Source: a virus
Virus record (IMG/VR): IMGVR_UViG_3300036770_005462
Location: 8,103-72,102 of that record
DNA: 64,000 nucleotides
Direction: 5' to 3' (one strand)
Positions 35,407 through 45,483 of the stretch are shown here, piece after piece. The position numbers and the translations under genes are program-made. The notes under the pieces are model-generated. The model was not told where the DNA came from. It searched no databases and saw only the letters and a program-made list of their open reading frames with translations. Within the stretch, counting starts at the first letter, position 1. Every line of letters begins with the position of its first letter.

Positions 35407-37201
35407 TGACAGGTAGATCAGGAGCCCATGCGGGCGGGGTTTTCATCACCCGAAGTCCGAAGTCGAGTGCAGCATCGGCTTCGTCCTCCGGGACGATGTA
35501 GGAAATCTCATCATGCGTCATCATCACCACGCGATACCGTTTAGCAATTTCAAGCATCTGGTCTGCTACCACACATCGCGCTAGGGCTTGTACAGCATTT
35601 TCGGTGAGCAATCCACCGTACAGCTTGACAGGCAACCCACGCTGATTGCGATAGTGACAGTCGATATAGCGACCAGACCATTCGTTGAAAAAGCCAGTGA
35701 TGTCGTTGTAGTGAATGGCGAGGCCGGAAGGAAGAATCATCTGTTCCTTCTCGACTCGCAACGCCTTGAAGTCGAATCCCTGCCCGCCAAGAATCATGAA
35801 CGCCATCAACTGTTCCATCGACTTCCATAGTCGACAGATATGCTCGTTGAACTCGCGATAGACGTTTACGATCTTTTGGCACTCTGACAATTCAAGCTGA
35901 CGCGGATTGAATTTGTCAGTAGCTAGTGTCTCTTGTAGTTTTTGTGCGCCCATCCCATACCCGAGCGCGAGTACCACGATCTTCCCCAATTGCCGTTCAT
36001 CGTCCGTGATGTCCGCGACGGCTTTCTGAAAGATTTTCGAGGCCATGACTCGATAGATGTCGGGGCCTTCGCGGCGGTCGTAACGACGGAAGATATCGAG
36101 CTTCTCATCGTCGCCAGCCAGCCACAGATTCATTCGAGCTTCGATCTGCGCCGAATCAACGGTGCAGACGACGAACCCCTCTGGGGCCAAAATAGATTTA
36201 CGCAGCTCTCCCTTTTGGGGGAGATTCTGCATGTTCATCTTGTTGCCAGCTGACCAGCGCGTCGTATGCGCGCCGCAGTACTGCAGCAGCACAGGCAAGC
36301 GCCAGCCGTTCTTGCCGGCATGGAGGAAGCGGTTGGCGCGCGTTTCGCCAAGCGTGGACTTCACGGCCAGCCGGGCGTCGATCACGTCCCGCAGGTTGCC
36401 GCTGGCTTTGTCACGTAGCGCCAGAAAGTCCACGTCCTTCTTGGCGAAGGCATACGTCATCTTGCCGGTGGTAAGGCTGCGCTTCATGGGCGGTTCCACG
36501 CCCAGCTCGCGCAGCAGATCAGCAAACTCGTCAGCAGAAGACAGCTGGTCGGCACGAACGCCGGCGCGCAGTACCTTGGCGACTTTCTGGCCGACTTCGC
36601 GTTCCAGTTCTGCTTCGACCCGCGGAAGGTCGACCAGCAGGATCGGATCGCAGAACATGCGCAGGGTCAGGTCGATCAGGTCGCGTTCGGCTGCAGGCAC
36701 TTTCGGGCATAGATACTTGTATGCCTCGCGCATGATCCAGACGTCTTGCACGCCATACTCGGCTAAATCGATCAGCTCGTCTTCGGTCAGGTCGCGCTTG
36801 CCCTTGGTGTCTTCGAGCTTGCCCTTGATCTTGCCGGGCAGTTTCAGACGGGCAGCAACTTCGTCGAGCCGATGCAGGACGTTGGCTCCCCAATGCGCGC
36901 GGGACAGCAGCATGGTGTCGCAGTAGCGCGCCGGGATCTTGCCGTAGTGATGCGATAGGATGAATCCATCGAATGCGGTGTTGTGACAGATAAGTTCTAT
37001 CTCGTCCCAATCCCATTCGTCGAACAGCTTCTGCAGGCTTTCGGTGGAGGCCCACTGCAGTGGGCCGTCATCGAACGCCCACTGCACCATGTGGGCCTTA
37101 AACCGTTCGTCGCGGATGTACTCGCTGGTCGACATCTTGGCCGACGACAGCGTGTAGCCCTTGTCGTAAAACGTCTCGAAATCTAGAAACAGCTTTTTCA
37201 T
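35369..37201 (-). CDS. Family A DNA polymerase with an N-terminal 3'-5' exonuclease domain
   Basis: Exo I motif LDFETFYD, a motif B-like RQLGKIVVLALGYGMGAQKL, and motif C MMTHDEISY. Confidence 0.8.
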   Translation of the reverse strand: MKKLFLDFETFYDKGYTLSSAKMSTSEYIRDERFKAHMVQWAFDDGPLQWASTESLQKLFDEWDWDEIELICHNTAFDGFILSHHYGKIPARYCDTMLLSRAHWGANVLHRLDEVAARLKLPGKIKGKLEDTKGKRDLTEDELIDLAEYGVQDVWIMREAYKYLCPKVPAAERDLIDLTLRMFCDPILLVDLPRVEAELEREVGQKVAKVLRAGVRADQLSSADEFADLLRELGVEPPMKRSLTTGKMTYAFAKKDVDFLALRDKASGNLRDVIDARLAVKSTLGETRANRFLHAGKNGWRLPVLLQYCGAHTTRWSAGNKMNMQNLPQKGELRKSILAPEGFVVCTVDSAQIEARMNLWLAGDDEKLDIFRRYDRREGPDIYRVMASKIFQKAVADITDDERQLGKIVVLALGYGMGAQKLQETLATDKFNPRQLELSECQKIVNVYREFNEHICRLWKSMEQLMAFMILGGQGFDFKALRVEKEQMILPSGLAIHYNDITGFFNEWSGRYIDCHYRNQRGLPVKLYGGLLTENAVQALARCVVADQMLEIAKRYRVVMMTHDEISYIVPEDEADAALDFGLRVMKTPPAWAPDLPVNAEGKYARYYSK

Positions 37202-37663
37202 CTATGACTGGACTACGAAGGCATTCTCGCTGCGTTTGGTTATCTTGATCTCTGCGCCAGCAGCGGCGAGCTGCATCATGGCTACTGCGCGATCAGGCCA
37301 TTCATACGTGTTGCCTTCCCAGTTCAAATGAACGAACGCGCCGACATTCTTGGATGGTTCATTGAAGTGCACGATGAAGTGGTCGCCGTTAGCCACTTTC
37401 TTGCGAATGATGTCCAGCAAGTTTTTGATCGTTGGCTTGGGCGTTGCGTCCTGCACGGCTTTCTGCATTTCGTACTCGGCCTTCATCTTCTGCATTTCAA
37501 GATTCAGCTTCGCCACTTCCAGATCCATCATCATTTTGTCGTGCAGCAGACGAAAAGCGCAGTTTTCTGAGCTTGATTCTGAATCCTCGGGCGGCGAATT
37601 TGATGGCAAGAGTTTCCGCATCGAATTCATCAAACCGGTACCAAGCTGCACTAGTCGCTCCAT
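37202..37663 (-). CDS. Hypothetical protein (153 aa)
   Basis: Its stop is adjacent to the polymerase start. Confidence 0.4.
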   Translation of the reverse strand: MERLVQLGTGLMNSMRKLLPSNSPPEDSESSSENCAFRLLHDKMMMDLEVAKLNLEMQKMKAEYEMQKAVQDATPKPTIKNLLDIIRKKVANGDHFIVHFNEPSKNVGAFVHLNWEGNTYEWPDRAVAMMQLAAAGAEIKITKRSENAFVVQS

Positions 37664-37681
37664 AATCGTTGACCCCAGTTA

Positions 37682-39142
37682 CTAGCGCGAACCCGACGAA
37701 TCCGCGGATTTCAACGCGCTTGATACGGCTTGCAGCGTACTGATTACAGGCTTCTTGGAAACGCCAAGCTTCGATTTCCATCGTTCAGGTAACTCCAAGA
37801 GCGACAGCAGATCCATCTGCTTCGCGTCTTTCTCCTGCAAGCGGAGCGCGACGCGCTCCTCGATGGTCCCCGGTGCGATCACGACGATTGTTTCTGTTTT
37901 CTCTTTCTGGCCCGCACGATATATGCGACGGTTGCCTTGGAGCCAGTGTTCGAGGTTGTAGGTCGGACTGGCCCAGATCGTGGCCGTCCCGCGTGTAAGT
38001 GTGAGTCCGTGGGCGGCGGATTTGGGGTGGGCGAGGACGACGCGGTAGAACCCCGCTTGAAAATGCTTGACAGCGTCGTGACGCTCTTTGTCAGTAGACG
38101 AACCATCGATGACCACATATGTGATGCCACGGCTTTCGAACTCCTTGATCAGTTGTTCGCGTTGATGGTCCCATTGAAAGAACACGATGCTGTGCTTGCG
38201 CTCGTCGACTAAATCGGCCACCAGCTCGTAGCGGCCGGTGTCGACGATTCCATACTTGCCAGTGCCGTCGTACACCGCGCCGGATGCGATCTGCAACAGC
38301 TTCGTCATTACCGCCGCGCCGTTGATGGCGTCGACAATTTCGCCGCTGTGCAGCTGGACGATGGCATTTTCTTCCATGTCCTGATACACGCGCATCTGCT
38401 TCGGTGGCAGGTAGTAATTGATCGGGCGCAGCGTGTTTTCGGGAATGTCGATGCAGTCTTCGAACTTGTGACGGATCGTAATGTCTTCGATCATCTTTCC
38501 GACCACCAGCTGGATACCTTCCTTGTCCTGCCACTTGACCATGTTCGGCATAGGACCGACTTGCACCGGCTGGCATACATGCGCACGAAACGAGTAAAAC
38601 GATGTACCGAGGCGCTGGCCGTCGTCCAACACATAGATCTGATTCCAGATGTCCGTGACCGCGTTGGCGTTCGGTGTACCGGTCATGTTGTGCCGGTACT
38701 TGAAGTGCTTCTTGATCTTGTTCAGCGCTTTGCTGCGTTGGCTGGTGTGATGCTTGTACGACGAACTTTCGTCGATGACTAGCATGCCGCCTTCGAACCG
38801 CTTCCAGAAGGACGCTGGCTGCTTGGCCAGCCACTTCACGGCGTCGGTGTTGGTGATGTAGACGTCGGCGTTGGCCTCGAATGCTTCCTCGCGATGTTCC
38901 GAGTAGGCAATGGACGTTTTCAGCTGCGGCGCAAATGAGGCGAAGTCGTCGCCCCATGCGGACCGCAGCAAGCTTTTGGGGGCCAGTACAAGACAACAGC
39001 CCGATCCGCGGACGCGGCGGGCTGCGAATACTTCGATGGCAGTGCGTGTCTTGCCTGTTCCCGGGTCAGAAGCATCAAACGTCCGTTCGCGGTTCAGGAT
39101 GAAATTGATCGAGACCTTCTGGTGTTCGAACAATGGATACAT
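37682..39142 (-). CDS. SF2 (SNF2/DEAD-like) helicase
   Basis: Walker A DPGTGKTRTA, DESS (DExx) box VIDESSSY, and C-terminal helicase motifs. Confidence 0.7.
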   Translation of the reverse strand: MYPLFEHQKVSINFILNRERTFDASDPGTGKTRTAIEVFAARRVRGSGCCLVLAPKSLLRSAWGDDFASFAPQLKTSIAYSEHREEAFEANADVYITNTDAVKWLAKQPASFWKRFEGGMLVIDESSSYKHHTSQRSKALNKIKKHFKYRHNMTGTPNANAVTDIWNQIYVLDDGQRLGTSFYSFRAHVCQPVQVGPMPNMVKWQDKEGIQLVVGKMIEDITIRHKFEDCIDIPENTLRPINYYLPPKQMRVYQDMEENAIVQLHSGEIVDAINGAAVMTKLLQIASGAVYDGTGKYGIVDTGRYELVADLVDERKHSIVFFQWDHQREQLIKEFESRGITYVVIDGSSTDKERHDAVKHFQAGFYRVVLAHPKSAAHGLTLTRGTATIWASPTYNLEHWLQGNRRIYRAGQKEKTETIVVIAPGTIEERVALRLQEKDAKQMDLLSLLELPERWKSKLGVSKKPVISTLQAVSSALKSADSSGSR

Positions 39143-39175
39143 CTAGGCTCCAACCATGCGACTAGTAACGGCTAC

Positions 39176-39214
39176 CCCACAAAAAGAAACGCCCAAGGTT
39201 GTGAGGACCCTTGG
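39176..39214 (-). terminator. Rho-independent terminator (minus strand)
   Basis: On the minus strand, CCCAAGG-(10 nt)-CCTTGGG is followed by CGTTTCTTTTTGTGG. Confidence 0.6.
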
Positions 39215-39368
39215 GACTAGCCTTAGCGCGGCTTCTTCGGTGTGTTCACGCAGGGAAAGGAGTTGGAACCCACGCACACACGGCCGGTGTTTTTCATGGA
39301 CATGCCACCGCCGGCTGGGCACGCCCGGAGAGAACGGTCAAGCTCCGGGAGACCGCACCACCACCACG

Positions 39369-40094
39369 CTATTTCTGCACTCCAACTTGGCAGTGGCCGG
39401 TCCCCTTTGGACCGTAGGGACACCACTTGCAGTTGAAGATATTCGGTTTAGCCGGAAACTCCATGGCATTGGTGATGGTTATGCCTCTCTCATGGAATTT
39501 CTGACGGAAGCGTTCGATGTCATCAAGATCGTAAGTCTTGGATGTGATCTCGTTCTGGTCGGTGTACCAGAATTCAACGATTACTTCTTCTAGTTCTGGG
39601 TTGCGATTCGCAGTACCGACGGCGTACAGCTGTCCTTGCTCGGCATGCTTCACTTCGTTACCGGATTTCTTTCCGGTTTTGTAGTCTATAACAACTGCCT
39701 GCTCGGGATGAAGTCGAACCATCGCATCGAGCTTGACGCGACACCAGACTTCGCGATCCATCCAACCGACGGGTTTCCACTCGCGGTTGATGCCCCATTC
39801 GCCTTCAAGCGAAACCTTGCCCTGCGCATACAGAGTGCGCAGATTTTCGAATTCGGGTTTGAAGTGTTGCAGCTCGGTGATCAGTTCCACGCCGCCGCGA
39901 ACGAACATTTCGGCGGCTTCGTGGATGCGTGTTCCACGGTCGTTGGCATGCTCGGTTTTGCCGGGAGGAAGCGGTCGTTCAGGTTCCGGGATTCGGTCAA
40001 TGAACGCTAACTTCGCTCGGAGGGGACATTGTTCGAAGACAGTCAGACGCGAGTACGACCAAGTTTTGATCACTGAATAACCTGAGAGAGTCAT
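39369..40094 (-). CDS. Cas4/RecB-like PD-(D/E)xK nuclease with a C-terminal Cys cluster
   Basis: VIDYKTGK (E-x-K core) plus a C-terminal CKWCPYG...C cluster typical of Cas4-family Fe-S nucleases. An N-terminal Cys (QCP) is also present. Confidence 0.6.
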   Translation of the reverse strand: MTLSGYSVIKTWSYSRLTVFEQCPLRAKLAFIDRIPEPERPLPPGKTEHANDRGTRIHEAAEMFVRGGVELITELQHFKPEFENLRTLYAQGKVSLEGEWGINREWKPVGWMDREVWCRVKLDAMVRLHPEQAVVIDYKTGKKSGNEVKHAEQGQLYAVGTANRNPELEEVIVEFWYTDQNEITSKTYDLDDIERFRQKFHERGITITNAMEFPAKPNIFNCKWCPYGPKGTGHCQVGVQK

Positions 40095-40134
40095 TAGACT
40101 GGCGCGCAGTATACGTCTCTCTGCAGGTTAGTGC

Positions 40135-40347
40135 TTACTTACTATTGCTCAAAAAGTCCAACTCGCTGTCAGCGATAAGCACGGCACGAATGGCGACGCC
40201 GGGGCTCTCTTGGTTGACGAACTCGATGATGTCTTGAACGTCCCCGACGATGTCGGCTACGCTGGCGTTGCCAAGGTCGTATTCGACGACGAACTCAAAG
40301 CGGTAGGTCTTTTTGGGCGGGGTCGCCGCCGCCTTCTTTGTTGCCAC
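40135..40347 (-). CDS. Hypothetical small protein
   Basis: ORF only. Confidence 0.3.
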   Translation of the reverse strand: MATKKAAATPPKKTYRFEFVVEYDLGNASVADIVGDVQDIIEFVNQESPGVAIRAVLIADSELDFLSNSK

Positions 40348-40500
40348 TAGACACTCCTTCGGGTTGGATAAGCGGCATCAGCAGTACGGTGTCTGCTTGG
40401 TTGAACTTCTTGTCGTGGTAATTCGAGGCTTCGAAAGCGCTGTCGAATGGGCCGTAAATCGTGGGACCCATTTCGGTGAACTTCACAAGTACATGCAGGT

Positions 40501-41649
40501 TCATTCAATCCTCACGACTTCGCCAAAGGGGGGATTTTCGTCGGTGATCATGGCCCACATCACCGGCCATTGCACGTCTCGTTCTTCGGGGTACGTGCCC
40601 CAGCCGTCAGTCAGGTAGATTACGCACTTGGGCTCGATGCCGTTTTCTTCGAGCCACTTGAATGGCGGACGGAAATCCGTACCGCCGCCGCCTTTGGCGT
40701 CGACGAGCGCCGCAGGCAGTTCGTCTCCCACGTCGGCTTCGATTACGCGATGCACGATGGCATCGCAGTCGATGACGTAGATCTTGCTGGGCTGCACGTC
40801 GAGCGCAATGGACTCGATCTCGCCGTTGAACTGACGTAGGGCTTCTGGTGTGCTATAGATCGAACCGGACGTATCGCGGATGATAGCGATGGGCCCCACG
40901 CGCTCGCTGTCGCGTGCCGGCAGGTACAAGCCCTCGCTGATGAAGCGCCGGTTGGCTTTGTTCCAGCTTTCCTCATCCCGAGCTTTTTCGCTGATGAACC
41001 GGCGCAACGGGTGTTTCCACTCGATCTTCGGTTCCAGCGCCTCGTCGAGGAACTTGTCCAGATGTGCGGGCATGCGCCCCGCCATCTTGGCGGCATGACG
41101 CGCTGCAGCGACGGCTTGTCGCCACTCGGATTCAGCCTGCTTGTTCAGGACGTCCTGCGACTGCTTACCGTCGTTGGGCGTGTCCCGTACTTCGCCACAG
41201 CCGCCGGGGTCGTCGCCTTCCTTGTCCCAGCCGCCGGGAGGTTCAGGCAGCTGCGTGTAGATCTGCTCGGCGCTCATGTTGGCGTACTGCGGGCTTTCCA
41301 GTGCGCCGTCCGGCAGCTTGTACTTCTTGCTGATCAGTGGATTCAGCGCGTAGTCGCACGCGACATTCCACTTCTTGTGGTGCCGGTTACCACGGCGCGT
41401 GTGATGAAGTAGGGCCGGGTGCATCAGTTCGTGTACGAGTAGCCCTCGACGTTCTTCGCCTGTCAGGCTCAGAACGTACTTCATGTTGTAGCCGATGGTT
41501 GCGCCGTCGCACCACGCGGTGTCGCACGTTGGGTCCTCGCGCATCTTCATGCGCAACGCCAATACCCCATAGAAGGGCTCGGACATGACGAGTTCAGTCC
41601 GGGCCTTCACCATGGGGTTTACGTTGGTGAGGATCTTAGCTGGCATCAA
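40501..41649 (-). CDS. Zn-metallopeptidase-like (HELMH) + von Willebrand factor A domain protein, partner of the MoxR ATPase
   Basis: HELMH motif at about residue 83. The C-terminal half (IRDTSGSIYS...VIYLTDGWG) is VWA-like with a MIDAS-like DxSGS. Confidence 0.55.
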   Translation of the reverse strand: MMPAKILTNVNPMVKARTELVMSEPFYGVLALRMKMREDPTCDTAWCDGATIGYNMKYVLSLTGEERRGLLVHELMHPALLHHTRRGNRHHKKWNVACDYALNPLISKKYKLPDGALESPQYANMSAEQIYTQLPEPPGGWDKEGDDPGGCGEVRDTPNDGKQSQDVLNKQAESEWRQAVAAARHAAKMAGRMPAHLDKFLDEALEPKIEWKHPLRRFISEKARDEESWNKANRRFISEGLYLPARDSERVGPIAIIRDTSGSIYSTPEALRQFNGEIESIALDVQPSKIYVIDCDAIVHRVIEADVGDELPAALVDAKGGGGTDFRPPFKWLEENGIEPKCVIYLTDGWGTYPEERDVQWPVMWAMITDENPPFGEVVRIE

Positions 41650-41869
41650 CGATTTCCCTTGCGCGCTTACGGCCGGTATCGGTCAGTGCGACGTACGACG
41701 TGCCGTTAATTTGCCCATCGTAATCGATGAAACTGTATGCCTTCAGATCTTCAAGTCGCGATACCACCAGCGGAATCGACATATTGGTACGTCGAGCGAT
41801 CTTCTTGACGCTGCCGTTGAAGTCGACCAGCTGCTTCAGGATCGGGCCGTAGTATTCCTTCGTGATCAT
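41636..41869 (-). CDS. Small winged-helix-like DNA-binding protein
   Basis: 77 aa with an HTH-like segment. Confidence 0.3.
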   Translation of the reverse strand: MITKEYYGPILKQLVDFNGSVKKIARRTNMSIPLVVSRLEDLKAYSFIDYDGQINGTSYVALTDTGRKRAREIVDAS

Positions 41870-42456
41870 TTGGCGAGAATTGCAGATTTGGTCAAGGCAG
41901 TTTGAAGGGCCGGATCAAGCGCGGTAATTTCCTTGCTGCGCTTTTCTGCTTTCTTGTTGTGTTCAGCCAGAATGTCGGCTGGCACATGCATCAGCACAGT
42001 TGGCCAGACGGCGATCACTTGCTTTAGCGACAAGCACTTCTTCAGCAGCGTTTCGAGCCCTTGCTTCAGTACGACTTTCTCGTCGACCAGCGTTTTACGT
42101 CGTTGCAGCATCGGCTCGATGATGTGCCAGTCCGATGCGTTTTCGTCGTGTATCGCTACTCGGACCGAACTGTCCGGATAGGGATATGCCTGTGTCTTGT
42201 CGGGGCTGACCATCCACTCGAAATGCATCGGACGGTCGATCTTCACGTTGAAATACGACAGCTGTTTGAAGTACTTCGGCGGGACGCCTTTCATTGCTTC
42301 GATATCGGCAGTTGGAACGACCATTTTGTACAGGCGGTCGGCCGGAAAGAACGTTTTGATCTCTGTTTCTAGCTTGGTGATCTGCTGCGTCAATCCATTG
42401 CAGGCGGATGTGATGATCTTCGTACGAAGATCGTCGTTCAAGCGGACGTTTGCCAT
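41866..42456 (-). CDS. Hypothetical protein (196 aa)
   Basis: ORF coupled to its neighbours. Confidence 0.4.
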   Translation of the reverse strand: MANVRLNDDLRTKIITSACNGLTQQITKLETEIKTFFPADRLYKMVVPTADIEAMKGVPPKYFKQLSYFNVKIDRPMHFEWMVSPDKTQAYPYPDSSVRVAIHDENASDWHIIEPMLQRRKTLVDEKVVLKQGLETLLKKCLSLKQVIAVWPTVLMHVPADILAEHNKKAEKRSKEITALDPALQTALTKSAILAK

Positions 42457-42465
42457 AGGCTCCTA

Positions 42466-43572
42466 CTAGGTTATTGCTTCTGCGTTGCGAGCGGCCCAAC
42501 TATTGAATGCCTTGGTATCGGCCAGTTCGGGAATCCGAGTGACCGAATCTTTCACTAGCGTCACGCCGAACTCCGTCGGTAGACGATCTGCATACTGGAT
42601 CACGCGTTCGAAGTTGTCGGACGTGGACTTGACGGCCAGACCGGACACCGTGGCGTACAGCGTGGCAGGCTCTTCCGGCACCGGCGCGTTGCCCGGGTTC
42701 ATCAAAATGTTGTCGAGGTTCGGTGCGCGGCGCGAGTACTTCATGTACTCGACGAATTTCGCTGCTGGGCCCTCGCCTACTACCGAGCCGTAGGTCTCGT
42801 ACTCGACTTCCGCCGGAATCCCCGCGGACAACAGACGAGAAAGGAAGGCCCAGCTGCGTGGTGTGGCGAATGCGCGGGCATCCTTGGCGCGTTGTTGCAT
42901 CTGTTGTTGACGGACTTTGTCGTCACCAACATCGAATTCGTTCAGGAGATCGGGGGCGGAGGAGATAAAGCCGAGAACGTCCGAGTGGACGCCATGAGTG
43001 AGTGCCCAATGCCGCCAGTCATCCAGATTCACTTCCACTTCGATGTGGATGAACCGGTTGCGCAGCGCCATTGGCATCTGGTTGACTATGGATCGATCCT
43101 GTAAGCGGTTACCCGCAGCGAGGACGGCCCATCCAGCTGGCAGTTCGTAATTACCCAGCCGTCGGTCGAGGACCAATTGATATGCAGCGGCCATCGTTCC
43201 GACACTGCCGCTGTTGATTTCGTCGAGGAACAGGATTCCACGGCTGTCGAGGTCGTGGGGAAGAAAGTCAGGGGGGTTCCAGACCGTGCGTCCGTTTTCG
43301 CGGTGCGGTATTCCACGGAGGTCGACGCTGTCGAGCTGGCTGATTCGAACGTCCCGCAGCTCCAAACCGTGATCTTCACAGAGCTGCCTCACGAGGTCGG
43401 ACTTTCCGATCCCGGGTGGGCCCCACATCATCGCGGGAATCTTCGCTAGTACTGCTGTTCGAAGTACGGCTGACGCCTGACTGGGACGCATGCAACGAGG
43501 CTCCTTGCTGGTTACTACGAATGAACATTCGAACGAGTGCCGCGAATGCAGCAACTCCGAGAGATACATCAA
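42466..43572 (-). CDS. MoxR-like AAA+ ATPase
   Basis: Walker A MWGPPGIGKS, Walker B ILFLDEIN, and sensor/Arg AGNRLQDRS...ALRNRF. Confidence 0.7.
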   Translation of the reverse strand: MMYLSELLHSRHSFECSFVVTSKEPRCMRPSQASAVLRTAVLAKIPAMMWGPPGIGKSDLVRQLCEDHGLELRDVRISQLDSVDLRGIPHRENGRTVWNPPDFLPHDLDSRGILFLDEINSGSVGTMAAAYQLVLDRRLGNYELPAGWAVLAAGNRLQDRSIVNQMPMALRNRFIHIEVEVNLDDWRHWALTHGVHSDVLGFISSAPDLLNEFDVGDDKVRQQQMQQRAKDARAFATPRSWAFLSRLLSAGIPAEVEYETYGSVVGEGPAAKFVEYMKYSRRAPNLDNILMNPGNAPVPEEPATLYATVSGLAVKSTSDNFERVIQYADRLPTEFGVTLVKDSVTRIPELADTKAFNSWAARNAEAIT

Positions 43573-43883
43573 GCGCTATTACTAGGGGGTTCATATCGAG
43601 AGTAGTTCCGGAAAAAGCGATGCAGATTCATGGCAGCGATGCAGCCAAGTCCTCCGCCAAGCCCGACAGGGACAACAATCCATCCCCACCCCATATGGGC
43701 TACGTTCGCTATGACAAACACTTCGGTGAGGGCCATACCCATGGATGTCGGCATGACCCACCAGACCTTGTGATGCACTACGTTCAGCTGCTGCAAGGCT
43801 TTCAGCAGCACGAAGAAGAAGCTGGCAAAGAATGCGAGAACGAGGTTAAGCAGGAGCATCGTGATCACGCTTAACCGCGCCAC
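43569..43883 (-). CDS. Small membrane protein (3 TM)
   Basis: Hydrophobic throughout. Confidence 0.4.
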   Translation of the reverse strand: MARLSVITMLLLNLVLAFFASFFFVLLKALQQLNVVHHKVWWVMPTSMGMALTEVFVIANVAHMGWGWIVVPVGLGGGLGCIAAMNLHRFFRNYSRYEPPSNSA

Positions 43884-44112
43884 GGGGCGTGATGTAGTAT
43901 TCCCCGATCTCGGTTCCCATGACGGTCTTGCCGTTCAGCAGGTCAAACATTGTTTGACTGTCTGCAGGCACATCTACCAAATGAATCTTCACTTCGTTAC
44001 GTATTGCGTCGATACCGTTAAGTCGGATCTTGAAGCGAATATAAATTCGCATTTCTGCTTCTGTGCGTGTGAAGACGAGGAAATCATCGCCTTGAATTCG
44101 AATGAATCTCAT
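43846..44112 (-). CDS. Hypothetical protein (88 aa)
   Basis: ORF only. Confidence 0.35.
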   Translation of the reverse strand: MRFIRIQGDDFLVFTRTEAEMRIYIRFKIRLNGIDAIRNEVKIHLVDVPADSQTMFDLLNGKTVMGTEIGEYYITPRGAVKRDHDAPA

Positions 44113-44113
44113 C

Positions 44114-44230
44114 TAGCGGTTCCTTCGCTGCAGTAACCATTCAACGGTGCCAATCACTATAGCCAGTGACCACAGCACGACGCCGGCAATGAATGCTCGG
44201 ATTGTTCTGAACCATTGCCGGCGATTCATG
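44114..44230 (-). CDS. Possible 38-aa single-TM peptide (MNRRQWFRTIRAFIAGVVLWSLAIVIGTVEWLLQRRNR)
   Basis: Found by reading the minus strand. Not in the ORF track because it is under 60 aa. Confidence 0.25.
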
Positions 44231-44235
44231 GCTTT

Positions 44236-44799
44236 CTAGTGGGTGGTAGGGGTTGGCATGGCCATCGTGCCGGTCATCTGGCCTTGGTCGGTTCCTGCGC
44301 CGAATTCCTTGCGCTCACCCATCAGGAAACCTTCCTTGACGGGCTGCATGATGATGCGCGTACCTTCGAGCGTATGAATCTGCAGCATCACGCATTCAGA
44401 AGCCGTAGGGTCTGCGGCTAGCGAACCGGGTCGATACTCCTCGACCTTGGAAGCGTCATGCTCTTCCTTCATGAACGCTTCAATGATGACGATGACGGCT
44501 TTGACTGCGCCTTGCTTGCCGTCACTCCACGGCACGGACCGCGGGATGTCGTTGGCGAGGCACTTCTTGATGATGAACATCAGCTGTTCCTTGCCGATAG
44601 GATTCTTCTGATTGAAGAATTTCTCTGCCAGCTCGCCGGGCATGACGGCGATGGACGGAAGCGTTTCGTCTTCGTTCAGGCGGCAGAACGCCACCATGGG
44701 CGATACGACAGGAGCGCGTCCTTGCTTGTGTTCCTCTTGGTAGAACTCGACGGCCTTGTCCAGCAATTCCTTGCCGGCTGTTTCAATGCGGGCGTCCAT
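44236..44799 (-). CDS. Hypothetical protein (likely start MDARIE, SD AGGAGAGGAG)
   Basis: A strong SD precedes the internal ATG of the 194-aa ORF. Confidence 0.45.
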   Translation of the reverse strand: MDARIETAGKELLDKAVEFYQEEHKQGRAPVVSPMVAFCRLNEDETLPSIAVMPGELAEKFFNQKNPIGKEQLMFIIKKCLANDIPRSVPWSDGKQGAVKAVIVIIEAFMKEEHDASKVEEYRPGSLAADPTASECVMLQIHTLEGTRIIMQPVKEGFLMGERKEFGAGTDQGQMTGTMAMPTPTTH

Positions 44800-44861
44800 T
44801 GCTCCTCTCCTGAAAGACAAAAGCCACCGCGAACGGTGGCTTCGGATTGAATTTGTTGGGG

Positions 44862-45158
44862 CTAGTGGAACGTTCCTTTTTCCTGTGGGTCATCCGGGTC
44901 TGGGAACATTTCGTCGAGCGTCATCAACTGACTAGCCGCGAGGGTTTTCAGCGTTGCCTCATCACCCGCCATGTATTCAACAATAGAGAGGTGATTGGAC
45001 TTTGCGTTTTGAAGGGTACCAACCACCACCAGAATTCCATGGATGAGAGCTGGATCGAGAGAGTGAAGCCTGCCGAGAATCTGGGCGAGCTGCTCTTCTC
45101 TGGTTCCATGGACTTCTGTGACGCCTGCAGCGGCTGGAGGGTTACTTTTTTTCGCCAA
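44862..45158 (-). CDS. Hypothetical protein (98 aa)
   Basis: ORF only. Confidence 0.35.
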   Translation of the reverse strand: MAKKSNPPAAAGVTEVHGTREEQLAQILGRLHSLDPALIHGILVVVGTLQNAKSNHLSIVEYMAGDEATLKTLAASQLMTLDEMFPDPDDPQEKGTFH

Positions 45159-45483
45159 TTGCTAATTCCGGTACACACGCGAGTAACTGGGGTCTTTCGA
45201 ACCCTTCCTCGCGTAGAAAGGCTTCAATACGCCGACTTTCTTCGTCGGACCCGGAATACTTTCCATCTAGCCCAAGCCGGGTTGCCGTCACACCTGAATG
45301 ATGGACGAAAACCACGACATAAGCGGATACGGCCATGTGTCAGGTTCCTTGATCTTTGTCAGATCTTACACTTCCGACGCGCTCTCGCAAGACCGCGAAC
45401 AGAGCCCGAGCGCCGATTACCGCAAGAATCGCGGCGGCGGTCGCGTATAGCCACCATGGGGTCATTTTTTGGGGGGGTTCCAA

